Source of the DNA: an uncultured Candidatus Saccharibacteria bacterium
GTDB taxonomy: Bacteria; Patescibacteriota; Minisyncoccia; Phycocordibacterales; JACOZG01
DNA length: 64,000 bases
NCBI GenBank assembly: GCA_964591715.1
Contig: CAZQDR010000004.1
Location: 375 to 64,374, forward strand
Reading direction: 5' to 3'
Numbering within the stretch: position 1 is the first letter of the stretch; each line of letters starts with the position of its first letter. This document shows, in pieces, positions 7,539-17,601 of this stretch. Below the pieces are notes generated by a model, which worked only from the letters and a program-made list of their open reading frames with translations, did no database searches and was not told the origin of the DNA. Position numbers and translations under genes: made by a program.

Positions 7539-8864
7539 ATGGCCAAAAAGAAAACCGTTGCCTACACAAAGAAAGTAACGATCAGTAGTGTCCCGCCGGC
7601 GAAGCGTAAGGCGGTGGGTGCAACTCGAAAGCGGGTCACAAAAACCGCTCCCGTGGCGGCGCCGACAAGCCATACCATCTCCACTACGGTGGCTGGTGGC
7701 AAGGGTGGTCGGATCGAGCCGACGGGAACTTGGCAGCTGGAAGCTGGCAAGAACCAGACGGTGAAGTTCATCCCCGAGCCCGAGCATCGCATCAAGAAGG
7801 TGCTGGTGGACGGCTTTGACCGCGGACCAATCCCAGCGTTCGACATTACGAACGCGCAGGCGAACGCCGTGATCGAGGTGGAGTTTGAAGCGGTCGTTCC
7901 GCCAACTCCGCCGCCGCCTCCGGTCGTGAATCACACGATCACCATCAAGGCTTCAACTGGGGGGACGGTTCTGCCCGACAGTCCGATCACTGTTCCTCAC
8001 GGAGGAAAGCAGCAAATCCGGGTCAAGCCGGAACCTGGCTATCGCCCCAAGTCTCTGATCGTTGATGGCAAGGATATGGGACTGCAAACCGTATTTATGC
8101 TCAGTAACGTCAGGGGCGACCAAGAGGTCGAGGCGATCTTCGAGCCGATCCCGGCGCCGAAGAAGAAGTTCACCTGGGCCTGGCTGCCGTCGTTTCGGAC
8201 CATCGTCGGTCTGGCGGCGCTGCTGATCATCGCCTTAGTGCTGTGGCATTACCGCGGCGCGATCAAGAGCTGGTGGACTGCCACCAAACCGTCGATCAAT
8301 CAATTGGTTGATGGCGGTGAGAGCAAGGGCGACGATGTCCAGAAGCCTGATTCATCCGGCAAGGTGGACAAGGTAAGCGGGGATAAACCGCTCCCGCCAG
8401 CTGCCGCGCCGCTCCTGCCCGTTTTTATCAAGGCTGATGGGCCGGGCTTTACGGCTGATGCTCGGGTGACGGCGGCTGAGGGAGTGGTCGTAAACATCCA
8501 CTCAACACAGCCACCACCAGAACTGAAGGTGGAACGGGTGGAGGTCGTCAAAACCGAAACTCCAACCCCAACGGTTCAGGAGGTCGTGTTGCCCCTACCG
8601 CCAGGCGCCAACATCATCAACAGTGGCGTCCTGCGGAAGAGTATCCGCGTCAGGACGATCACCGGTTACGACCGTTACTGTGGCGCTGGTAGCTCGATCG
8701 CGGTGTTTGAGAAAGGTCCCAGCGGCTGGTTCAAAGCTATCTGCCAGCCCAAGGGTGGTCGACCTCGTTACGGCGAACTCGAAGCCAAGGAGGAGGACTA
8801 CTTCTGGATCTGCCGGCAGCAGTTCCAAGACGCCGTTGGCGGCGTCATCAATTTGAGCCAATAA
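7539..8864 (+). CDS. Hypothetical membrane protein with basic N-terminal tail, two tandem Ig-like/InlB-B-repeat-like modules, one TM helix and a Pro-rich C-terminal domain
   Basis: RBS AAAGGGGG before the ATG. Internal repeat 'TTVAGGKGGRIEPTGTWQ..KKVLVDGFD' // 'ITIKASTGGTVLPDSPITV..KSLIVDGKD'. TM segment 'IVGLAALLIIALVLW'. Confidence 0.5.
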   Translation: MAKKKTVAYTKKVTISSVPPAKRKAVGATRKRVTKTAPVAAPTSHTISTTVAGGKGGRIEPTGTWQLEAGKNQTVKFIPEPEHRIKKVLVDGFDRGPIPAFDITNAQANAVIEVEFEAVVPPTPPPPPVVNHTITIKASTGGTVLPDSPITVPHGGKQQIRVKPEPGYRPKSLIVDGKDMGLQTVFMLSNVRGDQEVEAIFEPIPAPKKKFTWAWLPSFRTIVGLAALLIIALVLWHYRGAIKSWWTATKPSINQLVDGGESKGDDVQKPDSSGKVDKVSGDKPLPPAAAPLLPVFIKADGPGFTADARVTAAEGVVVNIHSTQPPPELKVERVEVVKTETPTPTVQEVVLPLPPGANIINSGVLRKSIRVRTITGYDRYCGAGSSIAVFEKGPSGWFKAICQPKGGRPRYGELEAKEEDYFWICRQQFQDAVGGVINLSQ

Positions 8865-8877
8865 AAAGTTGGTTCGC

Positions 8878-8910
8878 GGGCGCAAGACAGATGTCTTGCG
8901 CCCTTTTTTT
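8878..8910 (+). terminator. Rho-independent terminator
   Basis: Perfect 11-bp stem GGGCGCAAGAC/GTCTTGCGCCC with AGAT loop followed by T7. Confidence 0.75.
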
Positions 8911-8919
8911 GTGAAATTG

Positions 8920-9001
8920 TGGGCGGGAGAGGACTTGAACCTCCACGGATTACTCCACTAGCTCCTAAGGCTAGCGCGTCTGCCAATTTCGCCACCCGCC
9001 C
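8920..9001 (-). tRNA. tRNA-Leu (anticodon TAG)
   Basis: Reverse complement folds as a class II tRNA: acceptor GGGCGGG/CCCGCCC, anticodon stem CTAGC/GCTAG with loop CTTAGGA, long variable arm, T-loop GGTTCAAGTCC. Confidence 0.85.
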
Positions 9002-9048
9002 ATTAGTGGCTTTACGATAACATGTTTTTGGCATAAACTACTAGCATT

Positions 9049-9121
9049 CCGTCCATAGCTCAGTTGGTAGAGCAGTTGCCTCTTAAGCAAACGGTCGGGG
9101 GTTCGAATCCCTCTGGACGGA
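9049..9121 (+). tRNA. tRNA-Lys (anticodon CTT)
   Basis: Acceptor CCGTCCA/TGGACGG, D-arm AGCTCAGTTGGTAGAGC, anticodon loop CTCTTAA, T-loop GGTTCGAATCC. Confidence 0.85.
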
Positions 9122-9133
9122 CTTGACGGATAT

Positions 9134-9215
9134 GCCTGGGTGGTGGAATTGGTATACACGCACGACTTAAAATCGTGTCCCGTCAGGGATGCGGGTTCGA
9201 TTCCCGCCCCAGGCA
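9134..9215 (+). tRNA. tRNA-Leu (anticodon TAA)
   Basis: Acceptor GCCTGGG/CCCAGGC, anticodon stem CACGA/TCGTG with loop CTTAAAA, long variable arm, T-loop GGTTCGATTCC. Confidence 0.85.
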
Positions 9216-9231
9216 CAGCAAAATAAAAAAT

Positions 9232-9303
9232 GGCGCCGTAGCCAAGTGGTAAGGCAAGGGTCTGCAAAACTCTTATACGCGGGTTCGATTCCCACCGGCG
9301 CCT
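9232..9303 (+). tRNA. tRNA-Cys (anticodon GCA); a 3' CCA is encoded at 9304-9306
   Basis: Acceptor GGCGCCG/CGGCGCC, anticodon stem AGGGT/ACTCT with loop CTGCAAA, T-loop GGTTCGATTCC. Confidence 0.85.
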
Positions 9304-9307
9304 CCAA

Positions 9308-9592
9308 CTAGTTTTGGCGTTCTAAGGCAAAGTCGAGATGGGGGACACGCTTAATCCGTAAGTGTTTTTGAATGTAGTCTTTAAGTTCAGTCCGGCGCCG
9401 TTTGGCGAAGTTGAGGGCAGCCTCGGCTTGATGATCGGGTAAAACGCCGATAATAATAATCGCCTGGTGGCCTTTGGCGAGGAGTTTAACATCAAGGACG
9501 GTGATAAGCGACAATCCGTTACCCTCGTGGTTTAAATATTCGGCCGCCAGCCGCTTTAATTGCGAAATTACTTTTTCGTCACGCACCGACAT
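9308..9592 (-). CDS. rbfA: Ribosome-binding factor A
   Basis: 94 aa KH-like protein immediately downstream of infB on the same strand, the conserved infB-rbfA arrangement. Sequence is consistent with RbfA ('ITVLDVKLLAK..'). Confidence 0.65.
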   Translation of the reverse strand: MSVRDEKVISQLKRLAAEYLNHEGNGLSLITVLDVKLLAKGHQAIIIIGVLPDHQAEAALNFAKRRRTELKDYIQKHLRIKRVPHLDFALERQN

Positions 9593-9594
9593 AA

Positions 9595-11094
9595 TTATTT
9601 CGTGGTTACTTCGATTACTTCCAAATAGTCACCGGCGGCGATGCTGACTTTCGACTCTACCATGGCGCCGAACTGGTGATCTTGCAAGACTTCTTTAGCG
9701 GCCAATTTTTGTTCCTGCAATTCAACTAATTTACCGCGGCCAATCTCGGCTTCGCGACGAATAATTTTAAAAGGTTTGTTGGGTTGGATCAGACCAGTGG
9801 TGACCACGCCACCCAAAACTTGTTTGCCCTTGCTCTCACCAAAAAGTTTAAGGACCTTGGCGCGACCAATCGTTTCTTCGGTTTCAATTTTGGGCGTGCG
9901 CTTGGTAATCTCTTCAGCCAGCCACTCCGAGAGTTTATAAATAATATCAAAGGTTTGCACCGGGATATGCAGCTTCTCCGCCAAGTCGGTGGCGGCGCGA
10001 TCCACGCGAACATTAAAGCCCAAGACGATTGAGTTGGGGGAGCCGCTGGCGAGTTTAATGTCATTTTCGGTCACGGCGCCTACTAAGACGGCTAAAATTT
10101 TGAGCTGGACGCGGGGACTGGCCAACTTGTTTAGTTCGCGTTCCACGGCTTCGGCTGAGCCAACGACGTCGGCTTTAATCAAGAGCGGCACCTCGATCAT
10201 ATTTTCACCAATCGGTGAGCTCTGAGCGCGGGCAGCTTTTGCCACCTTCGAGCGCTGTTCAAGTTCTGCAGCTTGCTCGGCCGATTTCTTATCGCTAAAA
10301 GTGCTAAAGCTAGCGCCCACGGGGGGTAATTCGCTAAAGCCGATCACTTGGGCCGGAGCGGAAAAAGTTAACTCTTTGGCGGCCTGGCCGAGGAAGTCGC
10401 GCAAAATTTTAACCTTGCTTAAAACGCCATCCACGACAATCCAGTCGCTCGGGTGGAGCGAACCATTTTTTATAATTAAAGTAGCGGAGATGCCGATCTT
10501 GGGGTCGAGATTGGCTTCCAAAATAAAACCGCTGGCTGGCATGGTTGGTCCACCTTGGAGCGTTTGCAGTTCGGCGACCAACAGCAAGAGATCAAGCAGT
10601 TCAGGTACACCATCGCCGGTTTTGGCCGAGATCTCGGCGGCGGGAATTTGGCCACCGTAACCCTCGATTAAAATTTCATTCTCGGCCAATTCTTGTTTAG
10701 TGCGCTCAATGTTGGCGTTCGGCTTATCAATTTTATTGATCGCGACAATGAAGGGGATCTTGGATTGTAAAATCGCTTTGTAAGCTTCGAGCGTTTGAGG
10801 TTTAACACCATCCTCAGCCGAGACGACTAAAATGGCAATATCAGCAATGCGGGCTCCGCGCTCCCGAATAGCGGTAAAAGCCTCGTGGCCAGGAGTGTCG
10901 AGAAAAGTGATCCGCTCTTTGCCGTGCAAAACCTCATAGGCGCTAACGGCTTGAGTAATACCGCCAGCCTCGCGGGCGACGATATTAGTTTTGCGGATGT
11001 AATCAAGCAGGGTCGATTTACCGTGGTCGATATGACCCATTACCACCACGACGGGCGGGCGCACGATTGTTTTGTTGTTTTGGGTGGTGGGCAT
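9595..11094 (-). CDS. infB: Translation initiation factor IF-2 (short form, G domain at N-terminus)
   Basis: GTPase motifs '[15 protein letters not shown]', 'DTPGHEAF' and 'NKID', followed by the IF-2 domains II-IV ('[11 protein letters not shown]', 'VLGFNVR'). Confidence 0.9.
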   Translation of the reverse strand: MPTTQNNKTIVRPPVVVVMGHIDHGKSTLLDYIRKTNIVAREAGGITQAVSAYEVLHGKERITFLDTPGHEAFTAIRERGARIADIAILVVSAEDGVKPQTLEAYKAILQSKIPFIVAINKIDKPNANIERTKQELAENEILIEGYGGQIPAAEISAKTGDGVPELLDLLLLVAELQTLQGGPTMPASGFILEANLDPKIGISATLIIKNGSLHPSDWIVVDGVLSKVKILRDFLGQAAKELTFSAPAQVIGFSELPPVGASFSTFSDKKSAEQAAELEQRSKVAKAARAQSSPIGENMIEVPLLIKADVVGSAEAVERELNKLASPRVQLKILAVLVGAVTENDIKLASGSPNSIVLGFNVRVDRAATDLAEKLHIPVQTFDIIYKLSEWLAEEITKRTPKIETEETIGRAKVLKLFGESKGKQVLGGVVTTGLIQPNKPFKIIRREAEIGRGKLVELQEQKLAAKEVLQDHQFGAMVESKVSIAAGDYLEVIEVTTK

Positions 11095-11115
11095 AATAGG
11101 TAGTCATAAGCACGG

Positions 11116-11568
11116 TTACTTGGCGAGAGACTCTCTCTCCTCGGCCGTTAACTCGTATTCGGAAGTGTACTTAACAATCGGCTTGGCGTAAACCCCGACT
11201 TTGTCGCGGGCATACAAGGTGGAGAGGACGGCACCGTTGCCATGTTCATCGAGGAGGGCGGTGGCAAAACTTTGATTGCCGCCCTGGCCCTCGCCGTGAA
11301 AAGGGTTAAACCGGATCGTCTTAACATGCTGAACGCTGTGCTGGAGACGCTCCTCCATGCTGATCAGGTGCTGTTTAATCTCCTCATTGATCCGATCGGT
11401 CTCGTTGACCTGCTTGCCGAGCTGACTGATCACTTCCTCAAGGCTCATGGCTGACTTGCCACGGAGGAATCGCTTCAGTCTTAACTCCAAACTAATGACC
11501 CAGACAAGAAAAACCACGAGCGCTAAGACTAAAAGCCCGAACACGAGTGTCGTTTGATCGAGGACCAT
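11116..11568 (-). CDS. Hypothetical membrane-anchored coiled-coil protein (possibly DUF4446-like)
   Basis: N-terminal TM helix and a 150 aa coiled-coil region. Only a weak family impression. Confidence 0.4.
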   Translation of the reverse strand: MVLDQTTLVFGLLVLALVVFLVWVISLELRLKRFLRGKSAMSLEEVISQLGKQVNETDRINEEIKQHLISMEERLQHSVQHVKTIRFNPFHGEGQGGNQSFATALLDEHGNGAVLSTLYARDKVGVYAKPIVKYTSEYELTAEERESLAK

Positions 11569-11599
11569 TGCCCTGCTATTATAGCCCGAAAGCTCTAAA

Positions 11600-12733
11600 A
11601 TGGCAAAAATAGCCCGAATTTACTTGGATACCGCCGCCGCCACGCCTCTTGATGGGCGGGTTAAGCGCGCCATGCTGTCGTACTTGGGCAGTCACTTTGG
11701 CAACCCTTCTAGTCTCCATGCCGAGGGCGTGGCGGCAGCGCGGGCGGTGCAAACCGCCCGGCAGCGAGCGGCCGCGGTGCTCGGTGTCCAGCCGGATGAA
11801 ATTATTTTTACCAGCGGCGGGACCGAGAGCAATAACTTGGCGCTGACCGCGGCCGCGGGTGGCGAAATAATCATCTCCGCAATCGAGCACGCTTCGGTTG
11901 TGGCGGCCGCCCCCGCTGCGATAGTGGTCCCCGTCGATGCTCGCGGGGTAATTGATTTGAAAAAGTTTAAATCCAGTCTCACGCCGCAAGCAAAGTTGGT
12001 TAGCGTGATTTATGCCAACAATGAGATTGGCACCATTCAACCCCTGGCGGAGATTGCCAAAATAATTCGCGCCCACCGCAAAATCCATCAGACCGCTTTT
12101 CCTTATCTCCACACCGACGCTTGTCAGGCCACGCGCTTCCTTGAACTTTTCGTACCGCGCTTGGGTGTGGACTTGCTAACCTTAAACGCCGCCAAAATTT
12201 ATGGACCAAAAGGGGTGGGACTGCTCTATGTTAAGCGTGGCGTTAAACTGTTGCCCTTGCAGCAAGGCGGCGGTCAAGAGGCCGGTCGACGCGCCGGCAC
12301 CGAGAACGTCGCCGGTATTATTGGTCTTGCCACGGCGCTTGAGTTGGCCGCCGCCTCGCGCCAGACCGAAGCGAAGCGTCTCGATCCTTTGCGAAATTAT
12401 TTTATTACCGAGCTGCAAAAAATTCCGGGTCTAAAAATTAACGGGACTGGACCCAATCAGTTGCCACATTTAGTGAACGTGACGGTTCCAGGCATCTTGG
12501 CTGAACAGATGGTGATCGAACTTGATGCGCGGGGCATTGCTCTATCCACTGGTTCGGCTTGTGCCATCGCCAGTCACGACGAGTCGTATGTTATAATGGC
12601 GCTAGGTCGGAGTAAAAAAGAAGCGGAACAGTCAGTGCGCTTCAGTTTCGATCGTACTACCACAAGGACGGAACTAAAGTACGTGCTAAAGATGATCAAA
12701 GAGGTGATTAAAAAATATCAAACTATAATCTAA
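11600..12733 (+). CDS. Cysteine desulfurase (class V aminotransferase, NifS/IscS family)
   Basis: 'IIFTSGGTESNNLAL', 'HTDACQA', the PLP-lysine region 'NAAKIYGPKGVGLLYV' and the active-site Cys loop 'STGSACA'. Confidence 0.85.
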   Translation: MAKIARIYLDTAAATPLDGRVKRAMLSYLGSHFGNPSSLHAEGVAAARAVQTARQRAAAVLGVQPDEIIFTSGGTESNNLALTAAAGGEIIISAIEHASVVAAAPAAIVVPVDARGVIDLKKFKSSLTPQAKLVSVIYANNEIGTIQPLAEIAKIIRAHRKIHQTAFPYLHTDACQATRFLELFVPRLGVDLLTLNAAKIYGPKGVGLLYVKRGVKLLPLQQGGGQEAGRRAGTENVAGIIGLATALELAAASRQTEAKRLDPLRNYFITELQKIPGLKINGTGPNQLPHLVNVTVPGILAEQMVIELDARGIALSTGSACAIASHDESYVIMALGRSKKEAEQSVRFSFDRTTTRTELKYVLKMIKEVIKKYQTII

Positions 12734-12739
12734 CACCCC

Positions 12740-13348
12740 ATGCACGAACTACCTTCACTGCCCTACAAATATAGTGACTTGGAACCGCACTTTGATGAGG
12801 AGACAATGCGCTTGCATCACACCAAGCATCACCAGACTTATATTGATAAGCTAAACGCCGCGCTCGAGCCTTATCCAGACCTGGCCGCGAAAGACATTTT
12901 CGTTTTGATGAAGGATTTAAGCGCCGTCCCAGAGGGTATCCGTAACGCTGTCCGCAATCATGGTGGGGGTCATTTAAATCATCTGTTGTGGTGGGAGTGG
13001 CTTTCACCAACACCGACCGAGCCAGGTGAGCAAACAATTGGTGCGCTGGATCAGGCATTTGGCAGTGTGGACGGTTTTAAAAAGCAGTTCACCGAGGCGG
13101 CTCTCGCCCGCTTTGGCTCGGGCTGGACCTGGTTGGTGAAGACCGACGGGGGACTAAAGATTGAAAGTACCGCCAATCAAGATACGCCCGTGAGTGAGGG
13201 TAAGGCGGTCATCTTTGGCGTTGATGTTTGGGAGCACGCTTATTATTTAAAATATCAGAACCGGCGCGCTGACTATTTGGCCGCTCTTTGGTCAATAGTT
13301 AACTGGACAAAGTTTGAGCAAGCGCTTACGGCCTCGGTTGCGAAATGA
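12740..13348 (+). CDS. Fe/Mn superoxide dismutase
   Basis: 'LPYKYSDLEPHFDEETMRLHHTKHHQTYIDKLN', 'FGSGWTWL' and 'DVWEHAYYL' are hallmark SOD metal-ligand motifs. Confidence 0.9.
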   Translation: MHELPSLPYKYSDLEPHFDEETMRLHHTKHHQTYIDKLNAALEPYPDLAAKDIFVLMKDLSAVPEGIRNAVRNHGGGHLNHLLWWEWLSPTPTEPGEQTIGALDQAFGSVDGFKKQFTEAALARFGSGWTWLVKTDGGLKIESTANQDTPVSEGKAVIFGVDVWEHAYYLKYQNRRADYLAALWSIVNWTKFEQALTASVAK

Positions 13349-13376
13349 CCAATAATATTGTATTATTTAAAATTAA

Positions 13377-14207
13377 ATGGAAGAACTAAATAAGAACCAA
13401 ATAGTCTTGCTGGTGCTCCTGGTAAGCTTTGTTACCTCGATTGCCACGGGTATTGTGACTGTTACTTTGATGGACCAGGCGCCGCCAGGCTTAACTCAGA
13501 CGGTTAACCGCGTGGTTGAACATACTATTGAGCGCGTGGTGCCGGGCGAAGTGCGCACCACCACTGTTGTTAAGGAGGTACCAGTTTTAATTACCGAGGA
13601 ACAAATTATTTCTGACTTAGTCCAGAGCGCTTCGCCAGCGATTGTGGAGGTGACCTCTGTTGATGGCTCAAAAGTTTTGGGTAGTGCTTTTATTACTTCA
13701 ACCGCTGGCGAAATAGTCACCGCCGCCCACTTGCTTGGCCCCGGCCTCTCTAATGGCCAAAAGTTTGCGATTGTCTTAAGGCAAGGTCAAAAAATGGATG
13801 TGCAATTAATGAAATTCTCACCCGAAAGTGATATAGCTATCTTGCAGGCTGACGGAAGTAAGCTAGCGGAGATTGCCGCAGCGGCCAAGTCCGCTAACGC
13901 CACCTCAACCGCTAAAGCTTGGACGGCGCTTGAGCTCGCTGAAACGGAAAGCTTCCCTGGTCAGACTGTCGTGACTCTCGGATCATCAGTTGAGGGGCCG
14001 ATCAATGTTACCGGCGGTATCGTCTCATCGATTGTAACATCTGCCTCCTCTCCGGATATTGTATCTATTAAGACCAACGCGGTTAATGAGATCAGTTTGG
14101 GTGGACCTGTACTTAACACCAAAGGCAAAGTTATTGGTGTAAGTACCACAAACGGGTCAGCGGTTGCGACGAGGTCAATTAAGGATTTACTAGCCACTAA
14201 TCCCTAA
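13377..14207 (+). CDS. Membrane-anchored trypsin-like (S1/HtrA-like) protease-domain protein, with atypical catalytic-Ser motif
   Basis: N-terminal TM helix. His motif 'IVTAAHLL', Asp motif 'DIAILQAD', and 'EISLGGPV' where GNSGGP is expected, so Ser is displaced by one position. Confidence 0.5.
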   Translation: MEELNKNQIVLLVLLVSFVTSIATGIVTVTLMDQAPPGLTQTVNRVVEHTIERVVPGEVRTTTVVKEVPVLITEEQIISDLVQSASPAIVEVTSVDGSKVLGSAFITSTAGEIVTAAHLLGPGLSNGQKFAIVLRQGQKMDVQLMKFSPESDIAILQADGSKLAEIAAAAKSANATSTAKAWTALELAETESFPGQTVVTLGSSVEGPINVTGGIVSSIVTSASSPDIVSIKTNAVNEISLGGPVLNTKGKVIGVSTTNGSAVATRSIKDLLATNP

Positions 14208-14218
14208 CCAAAAAATTT

Positions 14219-16912
14219 ATGCCTCCGCCATTCTCAAACTTTACTTCCAAGGCCAAAGAAGTGATTCGCAAAACTCATGAGTTGGCTATTGAACGCGGCC
14301 AAAATCAAGTTGGGCCGGTTCACCTTTTGGCGGCGCTGTTGTTGCAGGATGAGAGCGTTTTCGTTTCTATCCTCGACAAAATCGAGATTGATACGATTAT
14401 GCTGACGGATTTTGTGATTGAAAATCTGGATGGTGGCGAGCCAGCGACCGTTGTCTCCGCTTCGTACCAAATTTATTTAACACCCGAGCTGGTGCGGGTT
14501 TTTGATACCTCCGCCAAGATTGCCACTAACATGAGCGATGAGTTTGTTTCGACCGAGCACTTACTTTTGGCGCTTTTAGAAACACCAAATCAGGCGCACG
14601 AGATCTTGCAGCGTTTCCGGGTTAACAAAGATCGGGTTTTGAAGGTGATCCAGGATTTACGCGAGAACAAAGATCGGGAAGTCGAGCAGCCCAAAAAAAT
14701 GAAATCAATCGAAAAATTTACCAAAAACCTAACTGATCTAGCCCGGCAAGACAAACTTGATCCGGTGATTGGCCGCGAGGAGGAAGTTCAGCGCATTATG
14801 GAAATATTGTCTCGCCGCACAAAGAACAATCCGATTTTGATTGGTGAGGCTGGTGTTGGTAAGACGGCGATTGCTGAAGGTCTAGCGATTAAAATTGCCC
14901 GTGGCGATGTACCCGAGTCATTGCGTGACAAAGAGTTGGTGTCTTTGGATCTGGGCCTTTTGGTTGCCGGCACTAAATATCGCGGTGAGTTTGAGGAGCG
15001 CCTGAAGAATGTCTTAAAAGAGATTGAGAAGGCGGACAATAAAATAATTGTCTTTATTGATGAGATCCACACGATTGTGGGCGCGGGCGCGGCCGAAGGG
15101 GCGATTGATGCTTCAAATATGTTAAAGCCGGCCTTGGCCCGCGGGGAGTTGCGAGCGATTGGTGCCACCACGATTAAGGAGTATCAAAAACATATTGAAC
15201 GGGATCAGGCGCTGACACGACGCTTCCAGCCTGTGTACGTGGAGGAGCCAAGTATTGATGATGCGGTGACCATTTTACGTGGCTTAAAGCCAAAGTACGA
15301 GGCTCATCATGGTATTCATATTACTGACGCGGCCATTGTAGCGGCGGTGACGCTCTCGAGCCGCTATATAACCGACCGATTTTTACCAGACAAAGCCATC
15401 GATTTAATTGATGAGGCTTCATCGGCTTTGCGTTTGCAATTGGAGAACAAGCCTCAGTCGCTGGAAACGGCGGATACGGCCATTATGAAACTGGAAGTTG
15501 AGAAAGAAGCCCTGAAGCGTGAGGTAGCTGGTAATGATGATAAGAAGGCCAAAGCCCGAATTAAAATTATTGACCGGGAGGTGGGTGAGTTGCGCGAGGA
15601 AGTCAGTGAGCTCGAGTTAAAGTGGAAAAATGAGAAGCAAGTTATTGGCGAGCTGAAGACTTTGAAGCGCGATCTTGACCAGTTACGACTGGAGGCAGAT
15701 CACGCGGAAATGCGCGCCGATCTCTCTCGGGCTGCCGAAATTCGCTATGGCAAAATTCCCGAAGTGGAGAAACAGTTAAAGGCTCGCGAAGCTCGCCTTA
15801 AGAAGCTCCAAACTTCGCGGCGGATTTTGAAAGAGGAGATTACCGAAGAGGATATCGCCAGTGTCGTGGCGCGCTGGACGCATATCCCAGTGATGAAGAT
15901 GCTGGAGAGCGAGTCAACAAAGTTATCGCAAATCGATGACGCTTTGCGCTCACGGGTGCGTGGTCAGGATGAAGCGATTCAAAAGATTGCCGAGGCCGTA
16001 AAGCGCTCCCGTGCTGGTGTAGGCGATCCCGACCGACCGATTGGCTCCTTCATGCTCTTAGGCCCAACGGGCGTGGGTAAAACGGAACTTGCTAAGGCGC
16101 TCGCTAATTTTATGTTTAATGATGAGAAGTCGCTCGTCCGTATCGATATGAGCGAATACATGGAGAAGTACTCCGTCTCTAAAATGATTGGGTCGCCGCC
16201 GGGTTATGTTGGTTATGAGGAGGGCGGCTCTCTCACCGAGACCGTGCGCCATCGACCATACTCGGTCCTACTCTTTGATGAAATTGAGAAGGCTCATCCG
16301 GAAGTCTTCAACATTCTCTTGCAGGTACTCGACAACGGTCGCTTAACAGACTCGAAGGGTCGGACCGTCAACTTCAAAAATACGATTATCTTGCTGACCT
16401 CCAACCTAGGTAGCGAGTTCATGACGCGCTTGCAGCGGATCGGCTTCTCGGCGCTGGGTAACACTGGCGACTTTGAGGACGTGAAGACGCGGATTATGGA
16501 AACGCTGAAAGGGCACTTCCGTCCGGAATTCTTGAATCGCTTGGATGATGTGATTATCTTTAATCCGCTTAAGCCAGAAGTGATTCGGGAGATTGTGGAT
16601 CTGCAATTAAATGTGGTGCGCGAGCGGCTCAAGAATAAAAATCTCGAACTGGAGGTGTCATTGGCTGTCGTGGAATACTTGGCCAAGGAGGGCTTTAGTG
16701 CTGAGTATGGCGTCCGCCCGCTCAAACGTTTGATTCAAAATAAAATTCTTAATTTGGTGGCGGAGTTTATTATTGCCCGAAAGGTGGAAAATGGTGGCGT
16801 CTTGGCTGTTGAGCTCAAGAATGGCTTACCCTCGATCGAGATTCGCCGGACCTTTAGAGGGTCAAAGCGCTCCATCCATCGTCCAGCTCCAGTGGGTTCA
16901 CCAGTCAAGTAA
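14219..16912 (+). CDS. clpB: ATP-dependent chaperone ClpB
   Basis: Clp N-domain repeats, NBD1 '[18 protein letters not shown]', long middle coiled-coil, NBD2 '[19 protein letters not shown]' and '[14 protein letters not shown]'. 897 aa. Confidence 0.95.
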   Translation: MPPPFSNFTSKAKEVIRKTHELAIERGQNQVGPVHLLAALLLQDESVFVSILDKIEIDTIMLTDFVIENLDGGEPATVVSASYQIYLTPELVRVFDTSAKIATNMSDEFVSTEHLLLALLETPNQAHEILQRFRVNKDRVLKVIQDLRENKDREVEQPKKMKSIEKFTKNLTDLARQDKLDPVIGREEEVQRIMEILSRRTKNNPILIGEAGVGKTAIAEGLAIKIARGDVPESLRDKELVSLDLGLLVAGTKYRGEFEERLKNVLKEIEKADNKIIVFIDEIHTIVGAGAAEGAIDASNMLKPALARGELRAIGATTIKEYQKHIERDQALTRRFQPVYVEEPSIDDAVTILRGLKPKYEAHHGIHITDAAIVAAVTLSSRYITDRFLPDKAIDLIDEASSALRLQLENKPQSLETADTAIMKLEVEKEALKREVAGNDDKKAKARIKIIDREVGELREEVSELELKWKNEKQVIGELKTLKRDLDQLRLEADHAEMRADLSRAAEIRYGKIPEVEKQLKAREARLKKLQTSRRILKEEITEEDIASVVARWTHIPVMKMLESESTKLSQIDDALRSRVRGQDEAIQKIAEAVKRSRAGVGDPDRPIGSFMLLGPTGVGKTELAKALANFMFNDEKSLVRIDMSEYMEKYSVSKMIGSPPGYVGYEEGGSLTETVRHRPYSVLLFDEIEKAHPEVFNILLQVLDNGRLTDSKGRTVNFKNTIILLTSNLGSEFMTRLQRIGFSALGNTGDFEDVKTRIMETLKGHFRPEFLNRLDDVIIFNPLKPEVIREIVDLQLNVVRERLKNKNLELEVSLAVVEYLAKEGFSAEYGVRPLKRLIQNKILNLVAEFIIARKVENGGVLAVELKNGLPSIEIRRTFRGSKRSIHRPAPVGSPVK

Positions 16913-16916
16913 ACAA

Positions 16917-16945
16917 TTGACGTCTTCATCTTGGTGCGGTAGATT
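16917..16945 (+). promoter_or_regulatory. Putative promoter (TTGACG, 17 bp, TAGATT)
   Basis: Hexamers with 17-bp spacing directly after the clpB stop, heading a GC-rich unit that ends at the 17315 terminator. Confidence 0.35.
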
Positions 16946-16980
16946 AATTTTAGCGCAGACCTTTCATAAGGTGCTAGAGG

Positions 16981-17292
16981 ATGTTGCAAGTAGGTTGTGA
17001 GGATCGTAGTATCGTGACCATAGGTTGGCTCGAGGCCGAATTTGAAGCGGCCGGACAAGTGGAGGGTCCAGGTTGGCTCGTCCTGATCAAGAATCTCAGG
17101 CGAAAGAGGGGAGACAGTTACTTCCTCTTTCAGCGGCTGGGAACCAGCAATGAGGTGCAAAACCTCAAGCAGGAATTAGCCACTTCTCCAAAGCTCAAGC
17201 TGCTAGCCGGCTTCGATCTTGCTGGCCAGAGCCTGACGGAGCAAGTGGCTCGTCTCGACTTTCACTTCCCCCTCGCTTGGGAAGCCGCCTGA
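16981..17292 (+). CDS. Hypothetical protein (103 aa) in a GC-rich segment; coding status uncertain
   Basis: RBS AGAGGA before the ATG. No recognisable family. The unit has a promoter and terminator, so a non-coding RNA is an alternative. Confidence 0.3.
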   Translation: MLQVGCEDRSIVTIGWLEAEFEAAGQVEGPGWLVLIKNLRRKRGDSYFLFQRLGTSNEVQNLKQELATSPKLKLLAGFDLAGQSLTEQVARLDFHFPLAWEAA

Positions 17293-17314
17293 CGCTCGCA
17301 CCCCGACGTTAGGC

Positions 17315-17344
17315 AAAAAGCACCGCCCCTGCGGTGCTTTTTTG
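17315..17344 (+). terminator. Rho-independent terminator
   Basis: AAAAAGCACCGC/GCGGTGCTTTTTT hairpin with CCCT loop and T-run. Confidence 0.7.
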
Positions 17345-17375
17345 ATACCATTCAAAATATAAATCCGGAAATTGG

Positions 17376-17459
17376 TGCGCCGGGTAGGATTCGAACCTAC
17401 GTAGCCCGAAGGGCGACAGATTTACAGTCTGTTGCGATTGACCACTCCGCCACCGACGC
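17376..17459 (-). tRNA. tRNA-Tyr (anticodon GTA); CCA encoded (17373-17375)
   Basis: Reverse complement: acceptor GCGTCGG/CCGGCGC (one G-U pair), anticodon stem ACAGA/TCTGT with loop CTGTAAA, long variable arm, T-loop GGTTCGAATCC. A TGcTATAAT extended -10 lies 7 nt upstream. Confidence 0.8.
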
Positions 17460-17503
17460 GCATAGGGGATTATAGCAAAGTTTGACAAAAAACCAATCTA
17501 AGG

Positions 17504-17532
17504 TTGACATTTAAACTCAACCATGGTAAGAT
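17504..17532 (+). promoter_or_regulatory. Putative promoter (TTGACA, 17 bp, TAAGAT)
   Basis: Consensus -35 with a TAnnnT -10, upstream of the 17602 gene. The track ORF 17523-17873 starts inside this -10 and is therefore discounted. Confidence 0.4.
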
Positions 17533-17601
17533 ATAAGCAGTTGGCTATCGTGGGGATAGCCTTGACCTGCGGGGGCAGGAAGATCTTAAAAAGGGGGAGT
17601 A

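Noticed and set aside
16735-17160. Minus-strand 141-aa ORF overlapping the clpB 3' end
   Set aside because: Antisense to the conserved ClpB C-terminus and lacks an RBS.
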